A DNA stretch of 64,000 bases from an uncultured Planctomycetaceae bacterium (GCA_963815195.1 CAWFGE010000013.1:416001-480000); one strand, 5' to 3'; positions 33,338 through 45,666 are shown, counted from the stretch's first letter. Notes: generated by a model not told the origin, from the sequence alone. Made by a program: numbers and translations.

Positions 33338-36300
33338 TTAAGGCTGGGTCGAGTCCGGGATTTTCGCAACCTGGGTTTGCGCGGACGGTTTCATTTCCCA
33401 AACGGACAACGCTCCCGCCTCATCCGCGACGAGGACGTGTTTGCCGTCGGGAGCGAACGTGGCGCAATGCACGAATTTTTCCGAGGCTTTGAAGGACGCG
33501 ATCGGTTGGGATTCGTTTCGATCCCAAATCTGCACCAGGCCGGGTTTGGCGCAGGCGATGATCCGCGTTTCATCCCGGCTGATCTCCACCCAGCGCGTGT
33601 CTTGATCGGGGCGGTAGCTTTCTTCGATCTTTCCGGTTTCGACATTCCAGATGGCACAGCCCACGCGGGCGTTGCCGGCCAGGAGGTGTTTGCCGTCCTT
33701 CAAGAACTGCAAATCGAAGACATAGCCCTCGCTATCGGCGAACTCCTTGATTTTTTTTCCGTCCTCTGGATTGTAGAGCGTGATGTGGCCCGGTTTGTTG
33801 TCCCGCCAATTGCCCGTGCCCACGGCCAGAATCTTGCTATCCGGCGAGAAGGCGAGGCTATAGACGTTGAGCCCCACGTCGATCGACTGGCTGAGCGCCA
33901 AGTCGGGAGTAAACAGCCGGACGTGATGGTCCTCGCAAGCGGTGGCGATGAATTGGCCATCGGGCGAGAACGCCACGTCGCGGCATCCGCTTTCGTGGGC
34001 TTGGGCGGACGCGAGCAGTTTCCCCGTCTCCACATCCCAGAGTTTTACGGTTTTATCCGCGTCCCAACTGACGGTCGCGACTTTTTTGCCGTCCGGAGAG
34101 AACGCCGCGCGGGTCGTGAACGCACGGTGGCCCGACAGCGTGTGGATCAGTTCCATGGTTTCCGCGTTCCAGAGTTTCACGGTTTTGTCGGTTCCGCCCG
34201 TGGCCAGCGTTTTCCCGTCCGGAGAGTAGATGGCGAACCAGACCTGCTCGCCGTGCGGCGAGAGGGATTTCAGCTTCCTCATCTCCAGGGATGTCGCGCC
34301 GCCCAGGGTCAAGGATTGCCAGCCGCGAATTGTCTCGGCGAGCTGATTTCTCTCGCCGGCTTCCGGCACGGGCATTTGCCGAATCGCGAGTTCGGGCATT
34401 TTTGCGGACCAGAGTTTGAAGTAACTGTCGTGGCTGGCGGTGGCGATTTCAGAGCCGTCGGGCGAGAAGGCCATGTTCCCGATCAGATTGAAATGCCCGC
34501 CGGTGCGCTGGGTGACGACGCCTCGTTTGAGGTCCATCAGACAAACGCCGCCGCGAAAATCGCCGAAGGCCAACTGATCGCCCGAGACCGCGGCCGCCGT
34601 AATCGTGCGGTCGTGCACGTAGGTTCGAACGAGACTCTTCTTGTCGACGTCCCAGAACCTTATGGTTTTCGCATTGCCCCACGAAATCAGCGTTTTGCCG
34701 TCGGCGGTAAACAACACGCCGTTGATGCACTGCGAATGCCCTTCCAATTTCGCCAGACCGGCCGCGGGGCTCCAGAGGAAAACGATCCCCGCCGCGTTGG
34801 CGTTTTGCCAGCTTCCCGTGCAGCCGGCGAGGATCTCTCCGTCCGGAGAGAACGCCAACCCGGAGATGGGCAGCGACTGTTTGGGCAGCTCGAAAACCAA
34901 TTCTCGCGTTTTCACGTCCCACACGCGGGTTTCGCCGTCCCAGTTGCCCGCGGCGATTCGCTCGCCGTCCGGGGAAATCGCCACGGACCGCACCATCGAA
35001 ATCTTCTCGGCATGCGCCGTCCACGAGGCGATCTTCCGGCCGGTTTCCACATCCCACAACCGCACCGTCCCGTCGCTGCTGCCAGAGAGAAGCGATTTTC
35101 CGTCCGGCGCAAATACCATCCGGAACACCATGCCGTTGTGCCCGCTCAGTTCTTTTTTGACCGTCTTGGTTTTGGCGTCGATCAGGCTGATCGTCTTGTC
35201 TTTGCCGCCCACGGCGATCAGGCTTCCATCCGGCGAATAGGCCACGCTCAGGGATTCCACCGGATCGTCGTGCAATTGAAACTCGCGAGTCAGCACCGGC
35301 ATGCGTTCGCCCGGCCAGATTTTCACGGAACCATCTTTGGAGGAACTGGCGATAAGCGTGCCGTCGGCGGAAGCGCTGATGTCGTCAACCAACTCTTCGT
35401 GCCCCTCGAATGTCCGTTTGATCTTGCCGGTTTCCAAGTCGTAGACCGTCGTCCGGCCCGACCGTTCGCCGGCGTAAAGCGTATTGCCATCCGGAGAGAC
35501 CGAGGCGGCGGTGATCGTTGTGCCCGCTGCGATGGCGTGGTGCAACTTGCTGTCGAAGCGGCTCCAGATTTTGATCCCGTTCACGCCGTAGGAGATGATG
35601 TGCCAGCCGCCGGCGTCGAACAGCAGGCCTTTGATCTCGGCATCGTGGCTGCCCAGGGTTCGGACAAACTTGCCATCCTCGGCCATCCAGCATTTGACCG
35701 TGCCCGGCTTTTGCCACTCGTGATGCGAGCCGGTCGACGTGATCAGCAGTTTGCCTTCCGGAGTGAATTTTACGTCCGAGAGAGCCAGGCCCTGTTGATC
35801 GATGCGGTAACGGAGCGAGCCGTCGGGCAGGTTCCAGACCGCGGCGGTTTCGTCCCAACCGCAGGTGGCCAGCATCCCGCCGTCCGGGGAAAAGTTCGCC
35901 CGCCGTGCTCCACCGGGATGGGCCTCCACGGAGAACAGTTTTTCGCCGGTTTCGGCGTTCCAAACCGTCGCCCAACCGCTTTGTGCCGCCCCGGCGATCC
36001 ATTGCCCGTCGGGAGAAAACGACACCGACGCGCAAGAGGATTTGAAAGGGCCGATGGTCTTGAGGACGTTGCCGGTTTTGGTTTCGCGGATCTCGATCGT
36101 TTTGGCCGTCGTCGCAACCGCCAATCGGCTGCCGTCGGGCGAGACCGCGACGCTGAAGGGTTCGGCCTTCTCGATCGAAAATTCCACGAGTGCCGGGATC
36201 GGCGGCAAGTCGGACGTGGGCCAGAGTTTCACATGGCCGTCGGCACTGGCGGACGCCACGACCGACCCGTCAGGCGAAACGCCGACATCATAGACATAGC

Positions 36301-39300
36301 GCCTTTTCGGATCCGCACTCCGACTATGACCTTCGTAATTGGCAAGCCGTTGGCGGGACTGCACGTTCCACAACTCCACTTTCCCGTCGTAGCGGCCGAC
36401 CACCGCGGTGCGCGAATCCGGCAGAAACGCCAGGGCGTCAATCTCCGTCCCCATCGGCACGCGCGCGGCGAGCTTTTTATTGGGCACATCGTAAACCAGC
36501 AATTCGTTTTGGGTACCGCCCGCGATCAACGTCCGGCCATCGGGGCTGAAGGCGACGGGCCGCATTTTTTTCGTCGGGCCGGGGAGATTCGCGATCTCGT
36601 TCCAGGTCTCCGTGTTCCAGAGTTTGACGGTGCCGGCCTTGTTGCTTTCTTTGTAGTTGCCCGTTGTCGTGGCCGCGAGCTTGCCATCCGGCGAAAAGGC
36701 AATCCCAGTCACCGGCAATTCCTGTTTCGGCAACTCGCCGATCTTCTTGCGGGTTAGGACATTCCAGATCTTCGCATTGCCGTCCCAGTCTCCCGTGGCG
36801 AGGAGTTTTCCATCCGGCGAAAACGCCATAGCGGTGCCTTGCGATTGGCCGGTTTCCAGCGTATCAATCAATTCGAGTGTTTCCGTGTTCCAAAAATACA
36901 ATTTCCCGCCGAAGTCCACGGTCACCAGGAGTTTGCCGTCCGGGGCAAGCGCGCCGTCGCTGATGCCACGCGGGTGAACCGCAGTCTTCATGACCCGGCC
37001 CAGATTGAGATCCCACAGCCGGAGACTTTGGTTCTGGGTGCCGGTGATCATGCGGGTTCCCTCCGGATTGAAAACCACAAACCGCACGAGAGACGCTTCT
37101 CCGTTATCGGCGAGATTGAGATCCGCCAAGGCGGGGATCGGCGGCTCGATGGCGGGCCAGAGTTTCAGAGTTTTGTCATAGCTGCCCGTGACGATCCCCG
37201 AGGAATCGGGAGCATAGGACAGCGACGTGACGACATCCTGATGCCCGGTGAGCGTTTGCAGCGGCGAACCGCTTTGGCCGCTCCAGAGGCGGAGCGAATT
37301 ATCGAACCCGGCACTCGCGAGCGTCCGGCCGCGCGGCGAAAAGGCCAAGGCCCAGACCATCCCCGTGTGTCCTTTGAGTTCTTGGGGCGATTCGCCCGTC
37401 GCGGGGTTCCAGATGCGGATGGTTTTGTCTTCGCTCGCGCTCGCGATGCGGGCTCCATCTGGGGAATACGCCACCGCGCGGACGGCTGCGGTGTGGCCTT
37501 TGAGTTCCTTCAAGGGCTTTTGTGTTTCGAGATCCCATATCTGAACGGATCGGTCGCTGCTGCCGGAGACGAGATGTTTCCCGTCCGGCGAGAAGGCCAA
37601 GGACCGACGGCCGCGGTGTGCCCTTCCAGAACGCCCTTGGGTTCGCCGCCTGAGACGTTCCACAGCCGGATCGATTTGTCGTACCCGCCGCTCGCGAGGG
37701 TTTTGCCGTCCGGCGAAAAGGCCACCGAAAACACCCAGTTCGTGTGCCCTTTCAATGTCCGCAGCAACTCGGCCGATTCGGCGTTCCAAAGTTTGATCGT
37801 TTGATCGTAACTTCCCGTGGCCAGAGTTTGGCTGTCCGGAGAAAACGCGACCGTGGACACCACGTCGTCGTGGCCTTTGAAGGACTTCAAAAGTTTTCCG
37901 GTCGCGGCATCGCGGAGCCGGACCGACGTGTCTTCGTGCGTGGTCACCACAAACCGGCCGTCCGGGGAATGGGCGATCGCAAGTACGGCTTCCGGGGTGT
38001 CTTCGAGCGACTCGTGAGGCCGAAGGATCCCCTGAGGCACGCCGGTGTCGGGGTTCCAAATCCGAATCGTGGCGTCCTCGGCTCCGGTGGCGAGCGTTTT
38101 CCCATCAGGCGTGAACACCGCCGAGAGCGCTTCGCGTTCGTGGCCGGTCATCTGCCGCAGTATCCTGTGGTCTTTCATCACATAGACCGTGCCGTCGCCG
38201 CACGCGGCCGCCATCCGCCCGTCGGGCGCGTAGTTGACCTCGCGCACTCGTGCCCGGCAGGTTGAGGCTGGCGGTCTGTTTCCCGGTGCCGGGTTCCCAA
38301 AAGGCAACCGTGTTGCCAAATTCGCCGGTGGCGATTTCCTTCCCATCGGGTGAAAACTCACCGCGCCGAAAAACCATGCCGCCGGAGTCGAACTTCGCGA
38401 TTTGCTTGCCGCTTTCCACTTCAAACACCAGCCCGCGTCCGAAGCGGTTCTGCTGCTCGAAACTTCCGCCGACCGCCACGAGCAGTTTGCCGTCCGGCGA
38501 GAAGGCGACTTTCTGGAAGCGGAAAAAGTCCCCCTCGAAGGCCCGCTCCTCGTCCCATTGCCCGACGGTCCACATCATCAACTGGCCCGCTTCGTTGGCG
38601 GCCGCGAGGTATTTGCCGTCGGGCGAAAAATCCAGCCGGGCGATCTTCGTGCCGGTGCGTTTCTCGGCGACGAGTTCCCACGTGGCCGTGTCCCGAATCT
38701 GCAATTCGGCGTCTTGCCAGGTCGCGGCGGCGAGGTATTTCCCGTCCGGGCTGAACATCACTGTCGAGACGCCTCGACGCAGCGGAAATTTTTTCAGTAC
38801 CGTTTTCTCCGCGAAATCATAGACCACGATTTCGCCCGTCGTGTCCCAGCGGCCGTACCCCGCCGCCAAGAGCTTGCCGTCGGGAGAGAACGCCAGGTCG
38901 TGGACTTCCAGTTCCGCCATGGGAAAGCCTTGGGATTTTTTCTCGTACTCAACTGGCTCCTGACCGACGATGCGCTTCGCCTGTTGGCCGACGACGATGT
39001 GCTGGAATCCGGCTGGACCGGCTCGGCGGATTTCTGGGCGGTCTCCGCTTCAGCCGGGGCGGTTTCGGTTTTCGATGGGTTCGGCTTTTCGGCGGTCTGG
39101 GCGACCAGTCGGGGCAAGACCGACAGACACGCGACCGCGGCGGTCAGCAATAAGAACTTCGGCAAGCCCGCCAACCGGGCCGAGACTCCGCCTTGCATAA
39201 TCATGGTCAATCTCCGCTTGAGGAATTCCAAATTTCCGATGCCGCTTGCCGCGGGCGGCAAGGCTTTGGGGCTTTTTGACAAAAAATCCACCGTGGCCAC

Positions 39301-40353
39301 CAACGCGTGCGCATACACGCCGCCGCCTTGGCAATGCTCCACCACGAACGCGTCGCAGCATTCTTCTTCCACGATGCGGAGCTGCTTCCGGCCCCACCAC
39401 ACCAGCGGATGCCACCAATAAACGCCTTGGCACAAAAGCTCGAGCACGCGCACCCAATGATCGCCGCGCCGCATGTGGGCCAGTTCGTGAAGGATCAATG
39501 TCTCGGCCGCGTCGTCGTTCAAGCGGGCCAAGAGATCCTTGGGCAACAACAACCGGGGCCGCCAGCCGAACCCCCACAACATCGGCGAGACGGCACCACC
39601 TAGGAGATAAACGTCCGGGGCGCGGTTCAGTCCCACCTGCGTCGCCAACCGCCCGACCCAATGACGCAACGCGTCTCCCGCGGGCTCCGCGCGCTTGAGA
39701 GACCGTTCAAACTGCACGATCTGCCGGACCGCGCAGAAGAACACGGTCATCGCTCCCGCTCCCCAAACGACAAGCAGCCCCCACCACGCCGTTGTCCAAA
39801 AATCATGCAAAACCGGCGACGGCCGGCGCTCACCTGCGGGAAGAGGAGCAGTGGCGGGAAATCCCACGCCTTCCGAAGTCCGAGCCTTCCGGGCGGCCTG
39901 GGCTGGATCGCGTTCACGGCCCTTAAAAGAAGCGACCGTCTCTGGCGAGCCATCCTCCGTCACGCCGAACGATTCGTCAGGAAGATCCATCGCAAATTCG
40001 CCCGGTATCGTGGCCGGATCGGTGAAGTCCTCAATAACGACCGTCGGAAAGGGCTCCAAACCCGTGCCCTCTTGCCATGAGCGCGGACTGGTCGCCGGCG
40101 TTTCGGACAACGTCGCTTCGGGCATCTGCGGCACATCGTCGGGCACGGCCGGTTCCGGGGCCAAGGCCGAGATTTCGACGGGTACGGGAATCGTAACCAT
40201 CGGCGGCGTGACCAGCTTGAGCAGGACCACGACCCATAAGCCATGTAGCAGGGCGGGCTTATGATACCAGCGGGCCAAAACCACGACGCCAAGGGCGACG
40301 AGGCTCGCGACCAACGCATTCCCCAGCACAACAGCCACCAAAGACGTCAACAT
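33338..40353 (-). CDS. giant BlaR1/M56 metallopeptidase fused to about 40 WD40 repeats (frameshifts near 38950, 38250 and 37600)
   Basis: M56 domain with TM helices, HELAH, WWHPLVW, EECCD and LKRRL. It is followed by continuous WD40 repeats (AFSPDG...LATG..D..VKLW) across three ORF frames down to 33338. Confidence 0.8.
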
Positions 40354-40469
40354 CGCACACTCCCGTGAATACGGGCCAGGAGATTCGGACGGGGGCACCG
40401 ACCGGTTCCGCTTTCGAACCGCCGAGAGATTTCGGCCGCCTGGGGAAATGACCTTTCCGCCAGGCAAAT

Positions 40470-40877
40470 TTATCTGCGTTTTTTTTGCGAAGGGGGTTTC
40501 ACCGCGTCGAACTCATTGACGAGTTGGCGCAGCATTTCGATTTCTTCGGGCGTCAGCCGCTCCGGATCGACCAGGTGCATCAACAGGGGCGTTCGCGAGC
40601 CGTCGCACAGGTCATCGGCGACGGCGCTCAGCCGCCGTTCGATGAGATCCTCCCGGCCGACGCTCGCCGAGAACAAGAGCAACCGCCCCGTGTCGTCCCG
40701 GCGGACGCAATCTTTGGCTTCCAATCGCTCGAGAAGCTTCAGCACAGTGGGGGCGGCCCCTTTCTTTGCCGGGTACAGGGCTTCGGCCATCTGCCGCGTC
40801 GTCGAGGGGCCATGATCCCACAGGTGCGAAAGCACCGCGAACTCCGCGTCGGTCACATCATGCGTATGCTTCGTCAT
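40470..40877 (-). CDS. BlaI/MecI/CopY family transcriptional repressor
   Basis: VTDAEFAVLSHLW...TVLKLLERLEAK...LTPEEIEMLRQL, directly upstream of the M56 gene. Confidence 0.92.
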   Translation of the reverse strand: MTKHTHDVTDAEFAVLSHLWDHGPSTTRQMAEALYPAKKGAAPTVLKLLERLEAKDCVRRDDTGRLLLFSASVGREDLIERRLSAVADDLCDGSRTPLLMHLVDPERLTPEEIEMLRQLVNEFDAVKPPSQKKRR

Positions 40878-40891
40878 GTCATGCTCGCAAT

Positions 40892-40943
40892 AAAGACAGT
40901 GTGTCTTTTGCTCCACCATAAGACGCCCTGTCTTAAATTGCAA
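40892..40943 (-). promoter_or_regulatory. blaI promoter with two palindromic AAGAC-N5-GTCTT operators
   Basis: Minus strand TTGCAA-N17-TATGGT. Palindromes at 40892-40908 and 40919-40935, the second lying between -35 and -10. Confidence 0.7.
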
Positions 40944-41052
40944 GCGACTTTTTTGAAAAACTTGGAGATTCTCCGATTTGTTCCCGGCCTCGATTTTACC
41001 GGGTTCCCAGACGGGCCGTGTCACGGCTTTGTAACAACTCAAACTGTAAGCG

Positions 41053-41198
41053 TTTGGGTGGCTGGGGCGCAAATTCCCCTTGGAATAAGGCTTGAACTTT
41101 GAATGCTGGGGCTGTGGCCGGGCGAGAAGAATTTCACATGGCGCCAGGCCTCAAATCTGCTTTTACCTTGGAACATTCCTTTGCGCCCCAGCCACCCC
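41053..41198. repeat. about 145-bp MITE/REPIN-like element with GGGTGGCTGGGGCGC terminal inverted repeats
   Basis: TIRs at about 41056 and 41183. The interior is a diverged reverse-complement match to the 109-bp unit at 57831. Confidence 0.7.
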
Positions 41199-41521
41199 CT
41201 GCACTTTCAACTTTCAGTTTGAGCAACAACAAAATCATGGGGCACGAAATCATGTCTTGCGATCGTCGCGGCGGTTCGCTTGCCGCAGAGGCCGGAACCC
41301 GGAAGCCCAGATGATCGGCGTTCCGTTTGAAACGGCGCGTCGCTTGGACTTCATGATCCACCGCACCGCTTCGCGCGAAGATCTTGGCGGAGTCCTGAAG
41401 CCTCGCTTTTCGGGGGTTCACCTCAACCTGTTGTGCCGAGTGCGCCGATGACAAGGGTGATCACGCGGGCGAATCCGCACAAGCTTTTCTTCGCGCCGAC
41501 CCTTTGCTTCGAGACCCAAGT

Positions 41522-42677
41522 ATGTCCCATTTTTTTGCCGGTCTGGATCTGTTGGTCTGCCCGCAAACCAAACAGCCCCTCGAATTGTTGCCGCTGCCGG
41601 AAGCCGAGATTCTCTTCGGCGAACGGCCGGGACCGCTGCGGCAGACAACTTCGGAGAGAGCGGCCGCCTCGCCGCCGTTCGGGGCGACGGAAACCGTGCT
41701 GGTCCGCGCGGATGGGCGATGGGCGTATCCCGTGGTGGACGGCGTGCCGATTTTGCTGGCTCCCGAAGCTTTGGGACGCCGGCAGGATCAGCGGGCTTTC
41801 GATTTGGACGATCCCCGCTACGCGGAAGCCTACCTGGAGATGGGTTTTTACAACGAAGTCGCGAGCGAAGAAGCGCGAAATATCGAGGCGTCGGAGTCGT
41901 TCGCCATCGTCCGGCCGGTGCTCGAAGCGAGCGAGGCGGATCGCCGATCCTTCCCCGTGCCCCGGCGGGTTTGGCTCGATGCAACTTACGACTGCGCGGC
42001 CCAGTGGGATGCCTATTCGCATCTCAGCCCGCTCACCGGACGGCGGGTGATGCAACTCGGGGGCAAAGGGATTCATGCGGTCAAGTTGTTATTGGGCGGC
42101 GCGGCGGAAGCCTGGGCTGTTACGCCGATGCTCGGAGAGATTCGCTGCGCCATCGCCCTCGCCGAACGCGCGGGCGTGGCCGACCGCTTAAGGTGCCGCG
42201 GTCAGCGTGGGCGAGGAATTGCCGTTCGCTGCGGAGACATTCGACGGCATCTACTGCGGCGGCTGCCTGCACCACATGCAAACCGCGATCGCCATGCCAG
42301 AGATTTCGCGCGTGCTCGTTCCCGGCGGAACGTTCGCAGCGGTCGAGCCTTGGCGGGCTCCGCTTTATGCCCTGGGCACGACGATTTTCGGAAAGCGGGA
42401 GCGCGGGGCCTTTTGCCGGCCGCTCACCAACGAGCGAGTCGCCCCCGTGGGCGAAACGTTCACAGATCATGCCATCATTCAGCACGGCACGATGTCGCGG
42501 TATCCGCTATTGGCCCTCGCCAAACTTGGTTTGCCCTCATCGATGGAAACCGTGTGGCGGTTCAACCGCATCGATGACGCCGTGTGCGCCTTGGTCCCCA
42601 AACTCCGCAAGATGGGCAGCAGCGTGGTTTGCCTCGCGACCAAAGAACCCCGCCGCCAATTCGCCCGCGCCGCGTAA
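41522..42677 (+). CDS. Trm112-like domain fused to a class I SAM-dependent methyltransferase (frameshift near 42200)
   Basis: LDLLVCPQTKQPL...YPVVDGVPILL (Trm112-like). Then MQLGGKG, GEELPFAAETFD, CLHH, RVLVPGG. Confidence 0.75.
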
Positions 42678-42682
42678 CCGTT

Positions 42683-44164
42683 CTACGGTTTGTTCTTGGA
42701 CCGGCCTTTGTTGCCCTGCTTTTTGCTGTCGAGCAAATCGGCGATGGCTTTTGCCTCGGCTTGGGCATCGTAGGCCGGATTGGGCTGGTCCGGAATCGGG
42801 GCGTGAATTTCCTGCTGCCAGGACTTGAGCCGCTGGAGAAGTTCTTGCGTCTTTTCGGGATTCGTGCGGGCGAGATTCTTCGTCTCGCCGATGTCTTCCC
42901 GCAGGTGATATAACTCCAGGCCGCCGTCCTCGAAGTATTGGTGGAGCTTCCAATCGCCGAGCCGGATGATGCTGCACGGGCGGGAGCGGAACAGCGGATC
43001 CCGCTGCTCGTCCCAAACCTCGTAGGACTGCAAGTAAGCTGGGAAATGCCAGTACGAGCGCCCGCTCCGGCCATTTCTTTTCTCCTCGAAACAGCGGTAC
43101 GAGGCTGACGCCGTCGCGAGGCTGATCCGGAGGAAGTTTGGCCCCCGCGATTTCGCAGATCGTCGGATAGAGATCCACGCCGATGATCGACTCTTCGCAT
43201 TTCGCGCCCGGTTGGACGACGCCGGGCCACTTCACAAAAAACGGCTCGCGGATGCCGCCTTCATAGTAGGCGCCTTTGTAGCCTTTGAGCGGATCCATAT
43301 CGGTCGCCGGCCCGTAGCCGCCGTTGTCGGAAAAGAACAGCACCACGGTCTTATCCGTGAGCTTCAACTCATCGAGCGCGGCTTGAATCCGCCCCACGCC
43401 GTCGTCGACCGCTTGGATCATCGTCGCCATCGCCACGTGATGATGCAGCTTGCCTTTGGGCTTTTCTTGATACTTGGGGACGAGTTCTTTCTTCGCATCC
43501 AAGGGCGTATGGACCGCGAAGTGCGTGAGATAGAGCGCCCAGGGCTTGTTTTGGTTCTTGCGGATGAACTCGACGGCCTCGTCGCTCAAGCGGTCGGTGA
43601 CGTATTCGCCTTGGGGGGCGTCTTTCAAGCCGGGTACGTTGCCGTGCGGCGGATAATAACCCCGCGGCGGACCGCCGGAGTGCGTGCCGCCGATGTTGAC
43701 GTCGAACCCATAGGGAATCGGGTCATTGCTCAGATGCCACTTGCCCATCGTGGCCGTGGTGTAGCCGGCTTTTTGCAGTTGGGCCGCCCAGGTTTTGATT
43801 TTGGGATCGAGGGTGTTCGTTCCCGGCACGTGCAAAAGTTTTCGATGCTTCGCGTTCCCGCGCGGCCCCGTGCCGACGTTATAAATCTCGTGCCGAGGCG
43901 TATATTGCCCCGACAAAAGACACGCCCGCGCCGCGCGCAATTCGCGGCACACGAATACGCGTTCGTAAAGACCATCCCCTCGGAAGCGAGCCGATCGAGG
44001 TGCGGCGTCTCATAGAAATCCGAACCCATATAGCTCGTGTCTCGCCAACCGAAATCGTCGAGAAAGATAAACAGAATATTCGGCGTCTCGGCGCGAGAAG
44101 GTCTTGGCTGAACAACAACAAGAGCCAGGATGATCGCAACAAGGATGTAAGCGAGGCGTCGCAT
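42683..44164 (-). CDS. sulfatase (formylglycine-dependent), frameshifted
   Basis: PNILFIFLDD, ETPHLDRLA, C...RACLLSG across a frameshift, GKWHL, FFSDNGG, YEGGIR, WKL...ELYHL. Confidence 0.88.
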
Positions 44165-44194
44165 GCAAAGTCTCCGGGGGGGTTATCTAAGAAC

Positions 44195-44347
44195 GTGAGC
44201 GGCGAGGGGCTAACCGCCGGTTTGGCTTTTGGGAATCTCATTTCATCGAAGCCGGAGGCTAGCGCCTACCGCTCACATCATCGAAGCCGGAGGCTAGCGC
44301 CTACCGCTCACATCATCGAAGCCGGAGGCTAGCGCCTACCGCTCACA
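44195..44347. repeat. family-B REP: one left arm plus 3 x 35-bp tandem right arms
   Basis: tcatcgaagccggaggctagcgcctaccgctcaca repeated exactly at 44243, 44278 and 44313. Inverted partner at 44195-44222. Confidence 0.9.
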
Positions 44348-44361
44348 TTTCAAACACATTC

Positions 44362-45524
44362 CTAAAGCGAATTCAATAGAGCACGCGTGGCGGTGAGTTC
44401 GCGGGTCAGGCCGTCCACGAGGTTCACCGCCCCGCCGGGCAGGACTTCCCAGGTATAGGTTTCCACCTCCAGGTGCGGCGCGGAATCCAATTCGGCGACG
44501 GCCCCAAGAGCCAGCTTCAATTCCCGCCGCGTGGTGCCCAGCGGACCGAGGTGCTCCGCGTCCACGGGCACGTGGAAATGGATCCGCCAGGCCTCGGCTT
44601 CGGCAAAATTCGAAGGCGGCTGAAGCGCCAGCGACTCGCTCAAATCCACATGCCGGAGCGTCTGGCCCGCGGCGGTCTTCGCCAGCATTTGATGCAAATA
44701 GCGAGGCTCGACATATTGTGCGAGCGCCTCTCGGCCCTCGGCATTCGCTGCGGGATTTTCGAGATGGATCGCGCAGGTGATGTGGATTTTATTGAGCCGA
44801 ATCCCCGCGGCGTCGATTTGCCGAATGGAATCCGCAACGTCTTCAAACTCCACCGCTTGATGGCAAACGTCATAACACAGGCCGAGGTATTCTTGGGCGA
44901 GGATCGGGCTTGATGTCTCGGCGGCGGTTTCAAACAGCTTCGTAAAAAAGGCAATCGATTCGTCCGTCGTTTCCAAAAGACAAAACGGCTCCGGTTCGAT
45001 CGCGAGGCGGACTTTGCGGCCCGTTTCCTGATAGAGACGATCCAGTTGCACCGCCAGGTCCAAAAGCTGCACGATGGCCTGGGCTTCAAAATCCGCCGGG
45101 TATTGGAAAACCTTAAAACCCAAAGGCACCGTGGAAATGCTGCCTTCCCCGCCCGCGGGCAACAGGGCCGCGAGGATCCGGCGCAGTTTTTCGTGTATTC
45201 CAGGCGCTCGGGATCGGTCCAATCCGGCAGGTAAACGTTTTCCTTCACCCGCTGGCTGTGAAAATCACCGAACGGAAACGCATTGAGTGTATGGCAACTT
45301 AAATCCTGGCGATGCAACTTCTCGGAGAATTCCTTGACGCCGTCGGGCGTGCTCAATAATTCCTCGACCACCGGTTGAGCGAGCCATAAGCCGGCCGCCA
45401 AGGGTTCGCCAAAGTTCGCGTGCATCGGGACGGTGTATTCATTGAGGCCATGCTCGACCTCGGCCACCGTGCGGCCTGGATGGACGTTGGTGCAATAACT
45501 CAAAGGCAGGGGGTTTAATGCCAT
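44362..45524 (-). CDS. eboE: metabolite traffic protein EboE (xylose-isomerase-like TIM barrel), frameshift near 45200
   Basis: LSYCTNVHPG, TLNAFPFGDFH...VKENVYLPDW, IEPEP, CYDVCHQAVEFE, EPRYLHQ, RIHFHVP, HLEVETYTW. Confidence 0.85.
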
Positions 45525-45666
45525 CAGATCATTGATCGGATTATCGAAGGGACAGAGACAGGACGTGCAAGACCGCAGGCGATTCTACCGCGCCGAGATC
45601 TGTCACACCACCGTCCCGGCGGTTTGAGAACGCATTAACATCCGGCAAAACTCTGATGCCCTCGAA

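Noticed and set aside
33302..36757. 1151-aa plus-strand ORF (likewise 9356-12082, 47080-49320 and 55345-57102)
   Set aside because: These are antisense shadows of well-supported genes in high-GC DNA, with no recognisable motifs.
41092..41500. ORFs in the blaI-methyltransferase intergenic region
   Set aside because: There are no motifs or RBS, and the region is largely explained by promoters and a MITE-like element.
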